The notes: generated from the sequence alone by a model not told the origin. A DNA stretch of 64,000 nucleotides from an uncultured Candidatus Saccharibacteria bacterium (GCA_964355515.1 CAYHDV010000001.1:26544-90543), one strand, 5' to 3'. Counted from the stretch's first letter, positions 34,885 to 45,627 are shown. Numbers and translations are program-made.

Positions 34885-36666
34885 TTATTCTAAAACAGCT
34901 TTGATACGCCGGACACCAGCAGAGCTTGCTTCTTCTTTTTTGATAGAAAATTTCCCGAGTTCTTTTGTATTCTCTACATGTGGCCCCCCGCAAATTTCTC
35001 GAGAAAACAAATCGTCCCCTTCGCCTATTTGATACACACTTACCATTGATTCATATTTGTCACCAAAAACACCAAGCGCTCCTATGTGCCTCGCTTGATC
35101 AAGACTCATCTCAGAACGAATAACAGGAAGTGCTTCCTTGATTTTTTCATTTACCAGAGATTCCACCCTTTTGATTTCTTCATCTGTCATCTTATCTCCA
35201 TGAGAGAAATCGAATCTTAGTCTCTCGGGGGTGATGTTACTTCCCTTTTGAACAACATGATTCCCTAAAACTTCCCGCAACGCTTGGTTGAGCATGTGAG
35301 TTGTGGTGTGGTACTTGATTTCCATATCACCATGACCGGCCAGCCCACCTTTAAACATCCCAGCAGAAGCTGAACGAGATTTCTCTTGATGTTCTTTCAT
35401 TTTTTGTTCAAATTCTGCAATGTTAATCTCTTCACCTTTTTCAGCGGCAAGCTCTTGTGTCATTTCCAAGGGGAAACCAAATGTTGTAAACAAAATGAAA
35501 GCGTCTCTCTCTCCTTTTTCAAATTCTTTAATTCCTTTTTCAAGTGTATTTAAAAACCCTTGCTCTTCTTTATGAATAATCGCATCAATTTGCTCTCGTT
35601 TTTCTGAAAGCTCTGGATACACATCTTTGTATATGCCAGCCACAATAGGGCCCAACGCAAGCGGTTTATTGTGCACACCTAATTTATATGCATGCGTTAC
35701 AGCTCGACGCAAAATACGACGTAAAATATATCCACGACCTGTATTTGAAGGTTCTAAACCTTCAACAGCAAGCATCTCTGCAGCTTTCGCATGATCAGCG
35801 ATGATTCTTGCACTACGCATTTTCTCTGGTGTATCAAGGGTCGTAAACTCTGCCAGTCGATCAATAATAGGCATAAATAAATCTGTATCAGCAATAGAAG
35901 TTTTTCCTTGGACAACAGCAACAACACGTTCAAACCCTGAACCAGTATCAACATTTTTGTTAGGTAATTCACCAACAACTTTACCGCCTTCCTGCTTGTA
36001 AGACATGAAAACATTATTCCAAATTTCAACAACCTTTTGATCTTCATCCGCTTGAAGATACTCTTCTTTTGTTAACCCTTCTGTAAGTGTCCCCGTCATA
36101 TCATAGAACATCTCAGTACTTGGTCCAGCAGGTGAATCTGGACCCGCAGTCCACCAGTTACTTTTTCCTGAAAGATAGAAGATTCTTTTCTTCGGATCGA
36201 GACCAGCTCCTTCAAAAATCTCTCGCCAAATATCAGCGGCTTCTTCGTCGCGAGGAACAACATCGTCTCCTTCAAACACGGTCACATAGAGGCGCCGTAC
36301 ATCTAAACCAAGACCTTCTTCGGTGCTTGTTAAAAATTCGTAACTCCATCCAATCGCTTCCTCTTTCCAATAATCTCCCAACGACCAGTTACCAAGCATT
36401 TCAAAAAATGTTGCATGAGTATTATCACCAACTTCATCAATATCAACAGTACGAAAACATTTCTGACTGTTGACCAGCCGAACACCATATGGGTGTTTTT
36501 CACCAAGTAAATAGGGCATTAACGGTTGCATGCCTGCAATATTAAATAACGTGACATTTCTATCTCCTCCATCAGATTCTGGAATAAGCGGTGCCGAAGG
36601 CAAAACAGCGTGTCCACGCTTTGCGAAAAAATCCAAAAATCTCTGTCGTATCTCATGTGATTGCAT
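34885..36666 (-). CDS. alaS: Alanyl-tRNA synthetase (short form, no C-Ala domain)
   Basis: AGMQP, H.TFFEMLGNWS.GDY, DTG.G.ER; editing motifs HTTTH and CGGPHV. Confidence 0.97.
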   Translation of the reverse strand: MQSHEIRQRFLDFFAKRGHAVLPSAPLIPESDGGDRNVTLFNIAGMQPLMPYLLGEKHPYGVRLVNSQKCFRTVDIDEVGDNTHATFFEMLGNWSLGDYWKEEAIGWSYEFLTSTEEGLGLDVRRLYVTVFEGDDVVPRDEEAADIWREIFEGAGLDPKKRIFYLSGKSNWWTAGPDSPAGPSTEMFYDMTGTLTEGLTKEEYLQADEDQKVVEIWNNVFMSYKQEGGKVVGELPNKNVDTGSGFERVVAVVQGKTSIADTDLFMPIIDRLAEFTTLDTPEKMRSARIIADHAKAAEMLAVEGLEPSNTGRGYILRRILRRAVTHAYKLGVHNKPLALGPIVAGIYKDVYPELSEKREQIDAIIHKEEQGFLNTLEKGIKEFEKGERDAFILFTTFGFPLEMTQELAAEKGEEINIAEFEQKMKEHQEKSRSASAGMFKGGLAGHGDMEIKYHTTTHMLNQALREVLGNHVVQKGSNITPERLRFDFSHGDKMTDEEIKRVESLVNEKIKEALPVIRSEMSLDQARHIGALGVFGDKYESMVSVYQIGEGDDLFSREICGGPHVENTKELGKFSIKKEEASSAGVRRIKAVLE

Positions 36667-36754
36667 GAGACAAATATATCAGAAAAAAAGCAATAAAAAA
36701 AGCCGGGGAAATCTCCTATCCAAACCAAAAACCACCCTCGGGTGGTTTTTGGTT

Positions 36755-37600
36755 TTATTGACACATTCCGTGTGTAAGATTTTGTTGTTCGATTCCAGAA
36801 CCAGATGACATTATAAGTCTAGTACCCATATCTCCACCCTGGTAGATCCATGGCCCGTTTATAATATAATTTAATGTCTTGTAGCCAGCTTTTGAATAAC
36901 TAAAAGTTACCGGGGATCCACAATCATAATTCTGAAGTGGCAAAAATTGTAAGTCAAAGTATCCATCACTCGCAGTTGTCGCAGAAACACCAGGAAAACT
37001 AGGTGAACTAACTGAAACTCCAGAAAGAGAATTATGACTTGCATCTACCAGGTAACCACAGAAAGCGAAAGCTGTTGAATTTGATGGTGCATGAGGGCAT
37101 GTGTGAGCTTGAGTAAGAGGGGAAAGATTAATTGTTAGACTACTTAGATGCTCAGGAGTTTTAAATCTTATGCCTGTAGATGTCTCATAACCAGGGGCAG
37201 AGACAGAAATATTATAAGTTCCAGAAGGAAGTGTGCTCATGTATGAGATGAAAGTATTTACTCCAGCATACGTGTTTCCATTTACCTCAAAAGAAGGTAA
37301 CGCTACGTTTGCAAGACTATCCACATTTACAACAAAGATGCTATTTATTGGATTAGATCCCCCAGAAAGTGGACTTACCGGGTTGGTGTAATTTTCTTCT
37401 ATCTGTTGGTTCAACTGTCCTCCTTCAGGAGATATTTCAGTGTCTAACCCGGAAGATGTTTCTTGGTTTTCTCCAAAAGAATCCCTGCTTGAATTTTGTC
37501 CTGTATAATACATCCCAATTCCGATAGCTCCCGCGAAAAGAAGACCTATAAATACAGCAATTATAGGTGCAAAACCCTTTTGATTCAAAAATAATTTCAT
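36755..37600 (-). CDS. Exported protein with prepilin-like N-terminus and carboxypeptidase-regulatory-like beta domains
   Basis: NQKG|FAPII plus hydrophobic helix; GTY.I.VSAPGY and T.SDGYF....SKAGY motifs. Confidence 0.6.
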   Translation of the reverse strand: MKLFLNQKGFAPIIAVFIGLLFAGAIGIGMYYTGQNSSRDSFGENQETSSGLDTEISPEGGQLNQQIEENYTNPVSPLSGGSNPINSIFVVNVDSLANVALPSFEVNGNTYAGVNTFISYMSTLPSGTYNISVSAPGYETSTGIRFKTPEHLSSLTINLSPLTQAHTCPHAPSNSTAFAFCGYLVDASHNSLSGVSVSSPSFPGVSATTASDGYFDLQFLPLQNYDCGSPVTFSYSKAGYKTLNYIINGPWIYQGGDMGTRLIMSSGSGIEQQNLTHGMCQ

Positions 37601-37711
37601 ACGATAAAGTTTAAATAATTAATTAATATTCCAATAAACTATAAGACGTATCTATTATACCATTCTTACAAAAAGCCTTACTGGTCAAAGCACAAAACTG
37701 TTAATCCCAAT

Positions 37712-38812
37712 TTAAACAATAATCCCACCGCCGATACACTCACTACCACTGTACACCACAAGTGACTGCCCTGAAGAAACGCCCCAAACAGGCTTTTCAA
37801 AGACTACCACTGCGGTATCGTCTCTCACCTGGAGAAAGTTGCAGGGAATTCTCTCTCCTCTGTAGCGAATCCGAGCCTGCACCTCTTTGCCAAATGATGG
37901 ATATGCAGAAGGAATCCAGTTTGTCTTTTGTAAATTAATATCTAGCGTATACCCTTCTTTTAGAGATTTCTCTTCATATGCATTCTTATCATCTCTAGAA
38001 TCCACAGTGATGGTATTCTTCTCTACATCTTTTGCCACGACAAATAAAGGAGTGTCTTCTGTTCCCTTTTTTGTGATAGTGAATCCATGTCGCTCACCCA
38101 TGGTGAAGAAAAGTGCTCCACTATGCACCCCAATAACTTCACCCTTTGTGTTCAGAACATTTCCCTGTTTTTCTTCTATGTAGTGAGTGAGGAATTCTTT
38201 CATATCAATCTCTCCAATAAAGCACACCCCCTGACTATCTTTCTTCTTGGCAGTAGGTAGACCAAAACGCTCCGCTTCTTTCCTCACATCTTTTTTCTCA
38301 AGATGCCCCACTGGAAATAACACATATTGCAATTGCTCTTGATTGAGTGTCCAGAGAAAATATGATTGGTCTTTTTCAGCATCTCGCCCTTCTTTCAAAT
38401 GATATCGACTATCTTCAAATTTGTTTTGTGCGTAGTGGCCAGTTGCAATAGCGTCCGCTCCATGATTTCTTGCCCATGCCAAAAATCCTCCAAACTTTAC
38501 CTCTTTGTTGCACATTACATCTGGATTTGGAGTCCGCCCTGCTCGGTATTCAGAAATCATATAGTCAGCAACTCCTTCTTTGTATTCTTTTTCTAAATCT
38601 AGTGTCACAAATGGTACATCTAAGTGAGCACACACTCTCATGGCGTCCCTTCTCTCATCTCTCCAAGTACATTCTATCCAGTCTGGTTGCCATGTTTTGA
38701 TAAATACTCCTGTGACCTCATAACCTGCCTCCTTCAGCAATGCCAAAGAAACAGAAGAATCAACTCCGCCGGAAACTCCAACAAACACTTTTTTCTTATC
38801 GGCAATTCCCAT
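37712..38812 (-). CDS. mnmA: tRNA-specific 2-thiouridylase
   Basis: SGGVDSS, TPNPDVMCN, ATGHY, KDQSYFL and SQGVCF motifs. Confidence 0.98.
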   Translation of the reverse strand: MGIADKKKVFVGVSGGVDSSVSLALLKEAGYEVTGVFIKTWQPDWIECTWRDERRDAMRVCAHLDVPFVTLDLEKEYKEGVADYMISEYRAGRTPNPDVMCNKEVKFGGFLAWARNHGADAIATGHYAQNKFEDSRYHLKEGRDAEKDQSYFLWTLNQEQLQYVLFPVGHLEKKDVRKEAERFGLPTAKKKDSQGVCFIGEIDMKEFLTHYIEEKQGNVLNTKGEVIGVHSGALFFTMGERHGFTITKKGTEDTPLFVVAKDVEKNTITVDSRDDKNAYEEKSLKEGYTLDINLQKTNWIPSAYPSFGKEVQARIRYRGERIPCNFLQVRDDTAVVVFEKPVWGVSSGQSLVVYSGSECIGGGIIV

Positions 38813-38833
38813 GTTGTATACTCTACACTATAC

Positions 38834-39018
38834 AAAAAAACAAGGCCGGACACAAAGGTCCGGCCAGTTATAACCCCAAAAAAGAGCGTTGAAGTTAGTT
38901 GGTATTTATAGGTTTCTGAGTAGACCGAGACTTCTCTGCGTCAAACTTATTAAATAAGGAATCTAAGGGGCTTCTTAACTGAATTCCTTACCCTAAGCAC
39001 GTAGTCAAACCGCCAACA
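38834..39018 (-). ncRNA. Candidate structured ncRNA (~185 nt), identity unknown
   Basis: Promoter TTGCTT-17-TATATT, nested complementary segments, own terminator, no ORF. Confidence 0.5.
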
Positions 39019-39061
39019 TAATTAAATATACCAAATCTCTCTTAGGCAAGCAAGGAGGTTT

Positions 39062-39607
39062 TTATATTTCCATCAGCTTCTTGTACACTTCAAATAGTGC
39101 TCTAGCATCTGAAAGTGCAGTATGAGCTCTATTGTTTTCTATACCGAAATATTCACACAGTTTGGATAGGCGAAACTTATCTATATCTTTTTTCTTGTGG
39201 AGTTTGGCAAAGGCAATAGATATAGTATCCATCTTTGCATAGAATAATTTATTTTCTATACCTGTCTTGTGAAATGCCTTGTCAATAAAACTATAATCAA
39301 AAGCCACATTGTGAGCCACGAAAATACAGTTCTCTGTTTTTTCTGAAAAAACAGTCATTGCCTCTTTTAGTGAATGAGCAAAAATCCAATCCGCTGGGTC
39401 ATAGCCATTTACTCGGAGAGCCCCAGGGTCGGCAGTTTCTATATGCTCTGGCTTAATCTTTATATCAATTTCTTCCACCACCTCATACGAAGTAGCATCA
39501 TCAGAGGTAGGCCTCACGATGACCACCCCAAGCTCAATTATTTCCTGTGTTTCTGTGTCAAAACCAGTTGTCTCTATATCTACAAATGCAAGATTATGCT
39601 TTTTCAT
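39062..39607 (-). CDS. DEDDh 3'-5' exonuclease (DnaQ-like)
   Basis: DIETTG, AHNVAFD and HTALSDA motifs. Confidence 0.92.
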   Translation of the reverse strand: MKKHNLAFVDIETTGFDTETQEIIELGVVIVRPTSDDATSYEVVEEIDIKIKPEHIETADPGALRVNGYDPADWIFAHSLKEAMTVFSEKTENCIFVAHNVAFDYSFIDKAFHKTGIENKLFYAKMDTISIAFAKLHKKKDIDKFRLSKLCEYFGIENNRAHTALSDARALFEVYKKLMEI

Positions 39608-39663
39608 ATTTATCCTAAATTAGAAACAAAGTATATCACAAAAGACTTTTGCCATCCAAAAGG

Positions 39664-40683
39664 TTATTTATACAAATGATTTCTTATGTTTTCCAAATGT
39701 TTTTGGTATGTTCCTCCATAATAAACATTACCTTTTAAATCATGCATATAATACAAGTAAGAACTCTTTGTGGGCTGTGCGGCCGCTTTCATGGCGACAA
39801 GACCAGGGTTACCAATTGGCCCAGGAGGAAGACCTTTGTTTGTATATGTGTTATAAGGAAAATCTGTTTGGAGGTCTTTGTGGGTAAGCTGTGCTGAACC
39901 CTTTCCTGTTATATATTTAAGTGTAGCGTCCACTTGCAAGGCCATATCTATTTCTATTCTTTTCCAAAGTATTCCAGATATAACTTTTTTTTCTTCCATA
40001 TTACGCGATGCTTCTTTTTCAAGAATAGATGCCATGATAATAATCTCGTCTATTGATTTCCCGGATTCAGCAAATATGGGCAATAGTGATTGAGTTTTTT
40101 CAAAAAAAGTTTTTTCTAATGTTTCGATTATTTCTTCTGGGCTACTTTTCCTTTTGAAATGATAAGTGTCAGGGAAAAGATATCCCTCTTTTGAAGCAGT
40201 CAAAGCTAGAAACTTTTCTTTATCAAATTCAAACAATTGCTTCTCGAGTGTCTCTGCTATCTCCTCGTTGGTTGAGCCTTCAAAAATAGTTACTGAAACA
40301 GGGGCAACTTTTGTCTTTCCGTGGACAAGTCTCCACGCCAGCTCAACTGATGTTATCTTGTGTTCAAAAAAATATTCACCAGCAATAACACCTTTTTGTC
40401 TTCCGAAGACAACTGTGAAAAAAGTGAAGAGCTGTTTACTTTTTATATAGTGTGATTCTTTCAGGATAGTTCCTATCTCTACCAGGCTTGTTCCTTTTTT
40501 GATATCCAAATAAGTCTGTATGGGAAATGATTTAGGAGGGGCAAAAAATGATATAAGTGTGATGAATAGAAAAAATACAATACCAGCTAGAGCCACGGAC
40601 TTTTGGTCTCGAAGATTCATTTTGGCATTTCTTAAAAAATATCTCGCTCTATTCCCTATTTTTTCTATCAAATTAGTGTCCAT
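39664..40683 (-). CDS. mltG: Endolytic transglycosylase MltG
   Basis: EGYLFPDTY, ASILEKE, LQVDAT and YNTY..GLPPGPI.NPG motifs. Confidence 0.95.
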   Translation of the reverse strand: MDTNLIEKIGNRARYFLRNAKMNLRDQKSVALAGIVFFLFITLISFFAPPKSFPIQTYLDIKKGTSLVEIGTILKESHYIKSKQLFTFFTVVFGRQKGVIAGEYFFEHKITSVELAWRLVHGKTKVAPVSVTIFEGSTNEEIAETLEKQLFEFDKEKFLALTASKEGYLFPDTYHFKRKSSPEEIIETLEKTFFEKTQSLLPIFAESGKSIDEIIIMASILEKEASRNMEEKKVISGILWKRIEIDMALQVDATLKYITGKGSAQLTHKDLQTDFPYNTYTNKGLPPGPIGNPGLVAMKAAAQPTKSSYLYYMHDLKGNVYYGGTYQKHLENIRNHLYK

Positions 40684-40685
40684 GT

Positions 40686-41927
40686 TTATATCGGCAAATT
40701 AGGTGGAGGAGTAGCTTTCTTGGCTTCAATTCTTTCAAATGTAGGCGCCTCAGTAGATCTACTTGGAAAGTGGAATATTGTTGCAAGCTCTTCTGAGTTT
40801 AGAACAAATGGCTCACCAGAGTGTGGTGGCGAGAAAAACCCTCTGTCCCAATAGGCGTTAAAAATCTCTCTTTTCAGTTTCCGAACCCGAGAACCAGTTG
40901 GGTCTTGCCACGGATAATCAAATCCGGTTGCACCTCGTGGCTTAAAGCTATTCAAGTTTACAGAGTTGTATTGCTTCAAAGACCCCAGAAGTCCGGTGAC
41001 ATTTATAGCATCAAACGAATCTTTTTTCGCCAAATAAATAGCTCTCATCCCGACATCAAATCCAGGTTTTTGGATACTCTTTTCTATAGCAATCAGGGCC
41101 TGTTTCTCGGACTCTGTCATATTCACAAGGTCTCTCCTCTCTACTCCGTCTTTGTCTTTGACCATGTGTTTCTTTATAATTTCATCCTTTACTCTCTTCG
41201 CATCTTCTTTCCAATCTATTTTTTTGAATGGATGTTTCGGATCTTTATATCTAGCAATAGACGGCCGGACAAGGATCTGGAGCCACACTTGCTCACCCCC
41301 GCGAAGAGACGCTAGGAATTCAATAAAAGGAGAAATAGGGTCAATTTTCTTGTCTTCCTCGAGAAGCCCACCTGAAGATTTGTCCAAACCATAATCAATA
41401 TATGTTTTGATTGGATATTGGTCATCTTTGCTGAGGGCAAATTCTGTACCAAAAATACTCCAAGGCTCTTTCACCATTTGCTTTGCTACATTTTCCACAT
41501 AATCAGAGGATTCTTTGATCTCAATATTTGGATATTGTGCGTAGAGTTGAGCCTCGATCAGTCTCCTCCATCTCTTTTCTGCTCTAATAAAAAACTTTAC
41601 ACTTCCTTCAATAGAAATTATTTCGAGAGAAAACCATGTGTACACATTTCCCAACCAATACTTCTGAACCCATGTTCCCATCCCAGATGTTTGGTGAAGA
41701 GCATTTGCAAGAAAAAGCTCCATCGCAGCAGGAGATTTGAAAACATCTTTGGGTATTTTAATTTCAAGAATTAACCACTCTTTTTTATCTATTGTAGCTA
41801 TTTGAATATATTTTATCCAAATCTTCCAACCAATATAAAGCAAAATAACAGGTACCCAGAAAATAGCAGTTTTGCCAATTACCTGGATTAAAGCTAAAAA
41901 AATATTGTTAACGATATCGAGTAACAT
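40686..41927 (-). CDS. Conserved-looking hypothetical protein with N-terminal TM
   Basis: LEI.IP, SLEI, YAQYP..EI and LNSEELATIFHFP motifs, reminiscent of regions found with type IV coupling-like ATPases (inference). Confidence 0.6.
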   Translation of the reverse strand: MLLDIVNNIFLALIQVIGKTAIFWVPVILLYIGWKIWIKYIQIATIDKKEWLILEIKIPKDVFKSPAAMELFLANALHQTSGMGTWVQKYWLGNVYTWFSLEIISIEGSVKFFIRAEKRWRRLIEAQLYAQYPNIEIKESSDYVENVAKQMVKEPWSIFGTEFALSKDDQYPIKTYIDYGLDKSSGGLLEEDKKIDPISPFIEFLASLRGGEQVWLQILVRPSIARYKDPKHPFKKIDWKEDAKRVKDEIIKKHMVKDKDGVERRDLVNMTESEKQALIAIEKSIQKPGFDVGMRAIYLAKKDSFDAINVTGLLGSLKQYNSVNLNSFKPRGATGFDYPWQDPTGSRVRKLKREIFNAYWDRGFFSPPHSGEPFVLNSEELATIFHFPSRSTEAPTFERIEAKKATPPPNLPI

Positions 41928-41961
41928 ATTATGAAATTAATTATAACCCATAAAAAAGTTA

Positions 41962-42447
41962 TTACTCAAAGTCAACGGGGATATCAATCACGATAGGGTT
42001 TTCTCCTGATGGGTCTTCATTTGAAAAGCGAAGAACGCCATCTGGTGTATCTATAATAGGCATGCTCAAGTTTTGATTGAAACTAACAACCTCTGCCATC
42101 CATGGACTTGTGGCAAGAAGTGGCTCACTTGCAACTGTGACACCACTTCCATCCAAAATATAAACTGACCCCACCTGTCCTTCAAATGCTTCCCAACCAC
42201 ACCCTGTTATCTTCCCAGAGACTGTAAAAGGAAATGTGAAAAGTTTTTTTGGAAGTGGTTCATCTAATACAAACCCACAGCCATCCTCTTCTGCCACTTT
42301 ATTATTCCCATCATATTGATTGGTAAAAACTGAAATATATTTATTTTTATCAAGCACTAGTCCCAATGCAAGAGCAGAAAGAACCAGCCCAGCAATAACT
42401 ATTAGTATGATCCAAATTATTTCACCTTTTGTATTTTTAAATTTCAT
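41962..42447 (-). CDS. Membrane-anchored Ig-like (Gmad2-like) domain protein
   Basis: TM helix; V.G...W..FEG...D..G..W....F and EDPSG motifs. Confidence 0.7.
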   Translation of the reverse strand: MKFKNTKGEIIWIILIVIAGLVLSALALGLVLDKNKYISVFTNQYDGNNKVAEEDGCGFVLDEPLPKKLFTFPFTVSGKITGCGWEAFEGQVGSVYILDGSGVTVASEPLLATSPWMAEVVSFNQNLSMPIIDTPDGVLRFSNEDPSGENPIVIDIPVDFE

Positions 42448-42545
42448 ATAACTTATTATAACAACAAAAATACCAAATCAAAAAACCCTGGCTACAGGGT
42501 TTTTTGATCTCTGAGTTATTTTATGTTTTGGAAAATGGTTATCTA

Positions 42546-43574
42546 TTATTTAACCAAAGTATAAAGTCCTTCTTTTGTCTTTTTAAATCGTTTTGGATTT
42601 TGTAGATTTACAAGGATTGTGTTTCGTTTCAAGTATCGTTCTCGAAGTACACGGTCTATCACATCTTCTTTTGAAAGTGGTCCTTCTTTTTCGATAATTC
42701 CTTGGATAACATCGGCAACTACACCAGGTTTGTATCCCCACTCCCTTAGACCGTATAGCCCTCTACCCACAAGTACAAATCTTTCATCCTTAATCAACTC
42801 ATTGTGAGTTGTAGCTGGATGAGTTTTCTTACCAAATGTTTCAGTAATAGCTTCTGCTACTTCTCGAAAATGCATAGGTGATCCATGTCGTCTCATTACA
42901 AGAAAAGCATAATCTTTCACACCACGCACTCGAACTGATTTTGAATCTGCTCTTCCCCATTCCCCAAGAGGATTTGAATCAATTTTCTTAGAAAGTCGGA
43001 GCCATCTTTTTACAATTTCTTTGTCTCTTACATCTTCTGCAACATCCTTTAGTCCCTCAACAAATCGAGCCACTAGTTCATCTTCTGTAAGAAGTTCATC
43101 AAGAGAAATGCTCTTGTACAAATCTTTCAAAGCCTCGTGTACTCTGTCTGTTACTTCTTCTTTCACACTCCATCTCTTTTTGAAATGAGCGTCCTCTCTG
43201 TGGTCAACGAATTGATCAGCAAGAACCAGGTGGAAGTGTACATGATTTTGTACTGCAGGATCTTTTGAAAGATGAGAAAGTATTTCCTCTTCTGAGACGA
43301 TTCCTCCTAGATTATAAATTGATGATTTTAATTCTTCAAAAGAAGCATCACTTTCTTCAAAGGAGCTAGATTTTCTGATTGATGTAATTGCAGCGTTTTC
43401 GATTTGACGAACTCGCTCTCGAGTAATCCCATACTTCTGTCCAATGGATTCAAGTGTTTTTCGCTCGGCATCTGGAGTAAGTCCAAACCGATTAGAAACC
43501 ACATCCAAAGCCCTCTCACCAAGTTCGGCAAGAAGTTTTTTACTTATTTGTTTTGCTTTATATGTTGTAGCCAT
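42546..43574 (-). CDS. Sigma-70 region-4 HTH fused to C-terminal winged-helix (HARE-HTH-like) domains
   Basis: RFGL....TLESIG..YGITRERVRQIE; HNELI.D.RFVLVGRG.Y.L.EW. Confidence 0.85.
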   Translation of the reverse strand: MATTYKAKQISKKLLAELGERALDVVSNRFGLTPDAERKTLESIGQKYGITRERVRQIENAAITSIRKSSSFEESDASFEELKSSIYNLGGIVSEEEILSHLSKDPAVQNHVHFHLVLADQFVDHREDAHFKKRWSVKEEVTDRVHEALKDLYKSISLDELLTEDELVARFVEGLKDVAEDVRDKEIVKRWLRLSKKIDSNPLGEWGRADSKSVRVRGVKDYAFLVMRRHGSPMHFREVAEAITETFGKKTHPATTHNELIKDERFVLVGRGLYGLREWGYKPGVVADVIQGIIEKEGPLSKEDVIDRVLRERYLKRNTILVNLQNPKRFKKTKEGLYTLVK

Positions 43575-43724
43575 ATTTGTAATAATTAACCTATTTTTAA
43601 TAACCCATCCAAAACGAAAGGGCTCTTGCCCTTTGATTTTTATTAAAACATTAACTCAGAAGAATTAAGTTGTTTTGACTATAACACTAATTGTTAAAAT
43701 AAGCAAGCTTTATTTATAGAAGTG

Positions 43725-44474
43725 TCAATAAGTCTCTCTAATAAACTCTTTAAGGTTGGTTTTTGCCATTTGATCCTTATTTTTTTGGAGAAATACTGAG
43801 TATTCAGACTCATCTTTTATATCTTTTGTAAGGCTTTCCCCTGGAGGAATACCCATGACAGGAACAGGGTCTATCAAAATAATATCCCCTTTTTCATTTC
43901 GAAACTCAAGTTGTAGATGTAAGTGCGGGTACCCTTTTGCATTGCCTGTCTGACCCAGCAGTCCTATTGTCTTATCGGTACCAATCTCGATAAGTGGGTA
44001 TGAATTAAAGCTAACCTCTCTGAGCATTTTTTGATATGAGGTAAAAGATATTTTAAGGTCTCGAAGGTGCAAGTATAGAGAGTGCAGTACAAAGCCGTCC
44101 TTTGTCCGTATTTCTGGATGAGAAAGCATTATGTATTTCCCATTTATGAGACCGAAACCAGAATATTCTAATATACCTTTGGTGATAGGAGTTATTGGAG
44201 TCTTTGTCTTGCCATCAAAATCAATTCCCGTGTGAAAGTAATTTCCAATTTTTTTTACTGGGTGATATCTCAATCCAAAATATCCAAAATATTTATTTAT
44301 CGTATTCTCTGCATTGACAAAAGGAGGGTTGAAAACAAATTGAGATTTCATTTGCTGATAAAACAAAGTCCAAAATTCAAACTCATCAGGATTTGGTACA
44401 AAATGAGGACATGCTCCACTGTATGGCCCAGGTCTTGGAATACTGAAATCTTTTATCGCAGGCAATATCTCCAT
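43725..44474 (-). CDS. M23-family metallopeptidase
   Basis: HTGID, YLHL and G.TG...PHLH motifs. Confidence 0.85.
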   Translation of the reverse strand: MEILPAIKDFSIPRPGPYSGACPHFVPNPDEFEFWTLFYQQMKSQFVFNPPFVNAENTINKYFGYFGLRYHPVKKIGNYFHTGIDFDGKTKTPITPITKGILEYSGFGLINGKYIMLSHPEIRTKDGFVLHSLYLHLRDLKISFTSYQKMLREVSFNSYPLIEIGTDKTIGLLGQTGNAKGYPHLHLQLEFRNEKGDIILIDPVPVMGIPPGESLTKDIKDESEYSVFLQKNKDQMAKTNLKEFIRETY

Positions 44475-44494
44475 TAACCTAATTATATCAAAAA

Positions 44495-45625
44495 TTAGAT
44501 TTTAATTATATCGCTCACTGTGATTATTATCATAAGAGCAACAAGGATAATAAAACCAGCGGCATTTATCCACATTACAACTTTTGGATTGATGGCTTTG
44601 TTCCTTATTTTTTCGATTAAAAGAATCAGCAGTCTCCCTCCGTCTAAAGCAGGAAATGGAAGTAGATTTAGTACAGCCAAATTGATAGAGATTATTCCAA
44701 TCAACATCAATAGTGAAGTAAACCCGCTTGTAAGTGCATCCTTTACAATACCTGCTATTCCGACAGGACCAGAAACTTGAGAGAGTACAGATATCTCACT
44801 CTTCACAAAGATATTTCCTATCAAATGACCAAGCCCAAAAACCGTTTCCTTTAACATGTGGATAGTTGTCTCTGCTCCCTGCCAAACTGCTTTGTGTACA
44901 GGAAGTCTGAGCACTCCTGACATCCCAGCTGAAACACCAATAGAAGCATAGTCCGGAGAAACAACATGAGCCCTAGGTACAAGGGCAACACTATTTTCTC
45001 TACCATCTCTTGTGTATTGAATCACTAGCATCTCATCCCGATGGTCTTTTATAAATCCAGAAAATGATTGGTCATCTAGATTTGGATAAGGTCTTTCGTT
45101 TTGAATTTCAAAAATATTCGCAATAGTATCTCCAGCCAAAAGCCCTGCTTTATCCGCGGGTGATTCGCTCAAAACATTTGTGATCACAAGCTCTTGACCA
45201 TCTCTCATGTGCTTATATAGAGAAGTATCTGAGCTAAGGATAGTTGAAACACCGAAGGTGAAAGCCACCGCAATCAAAAACCAGGCTAGAAGAATGTTAA
45301 ACAATACCCCAGCAAAAAGAACCTTGGCTTGTACCCATCTACTTTTTGCAATGAAACTATCTTTTGGTTTAGCTCCAGATAATTCTGGATCATCTGGATT
45401 TTCTCCAAATATTTTTACAAATCCTCCAAAAGGAAGTAGGTTCAATGTAAAGTCTGTGCCCTTCCAAGAAAATAGCTTTGCTACTCTGGGAGGAAATCCG
45501 AAACCAAACTCATCTACCCTGATACCGTTTCTCTTTGCAACAATAAAATGACCAAATTCGTGTACTAAAACAAGAACAGCCAGAGACAATACCAACACAA
45601 CAATCAGGACAATAATATTAATCAT
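44495..45625 (-). CDS. rseP: RIP metalloprotease RseP (M50 with PDZ)
   Basis: HEFGH, PDZ SPA..AGL..GD and NLLPFPALDGG. Confidence 0.95.
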   Translation of the reverse strand: MINIIVLIVVLVLSLAVLVLVHEFGHFIVAKRNGIRVDEFGFGFPPRVAKLFSWKGTDFTLNLLPFGGFVKIFGENPDDPELSGAKPKDSFIAKSRWVQAKVLFAGVLFNILLAWFLIAVAFTFGVSTILSSDTSLYKHMRDGQELVITNVLSESPADKAGLLAGDTIANIFEIQNERPYPNLDDQSFSGFIKDHRDEMLVIQYTRDGRENSVALVPRAHVVSPDYASIGVSAGMSGVLRLPVHKAVWQGAETTIHMLKETVFGLGHLIGNIFVKSEISVLSQVSGPVGIAGIVKDALTSGFTSLLMLIGIISINLAVLNLLPFPALDGGRLLILLIEKIRNKAINPKVVMWINAAGFIILVALMIIITVSDIIKI

Positions 45626-45627
45626 AA

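Noticed and set aside
38834-39018. tmRNA, SRP RNA or RNase P identity for the ncRNA candidate
   Set aside because: No tRNA-like ends, no SRP helix-8 motif, and too short for RNase P.
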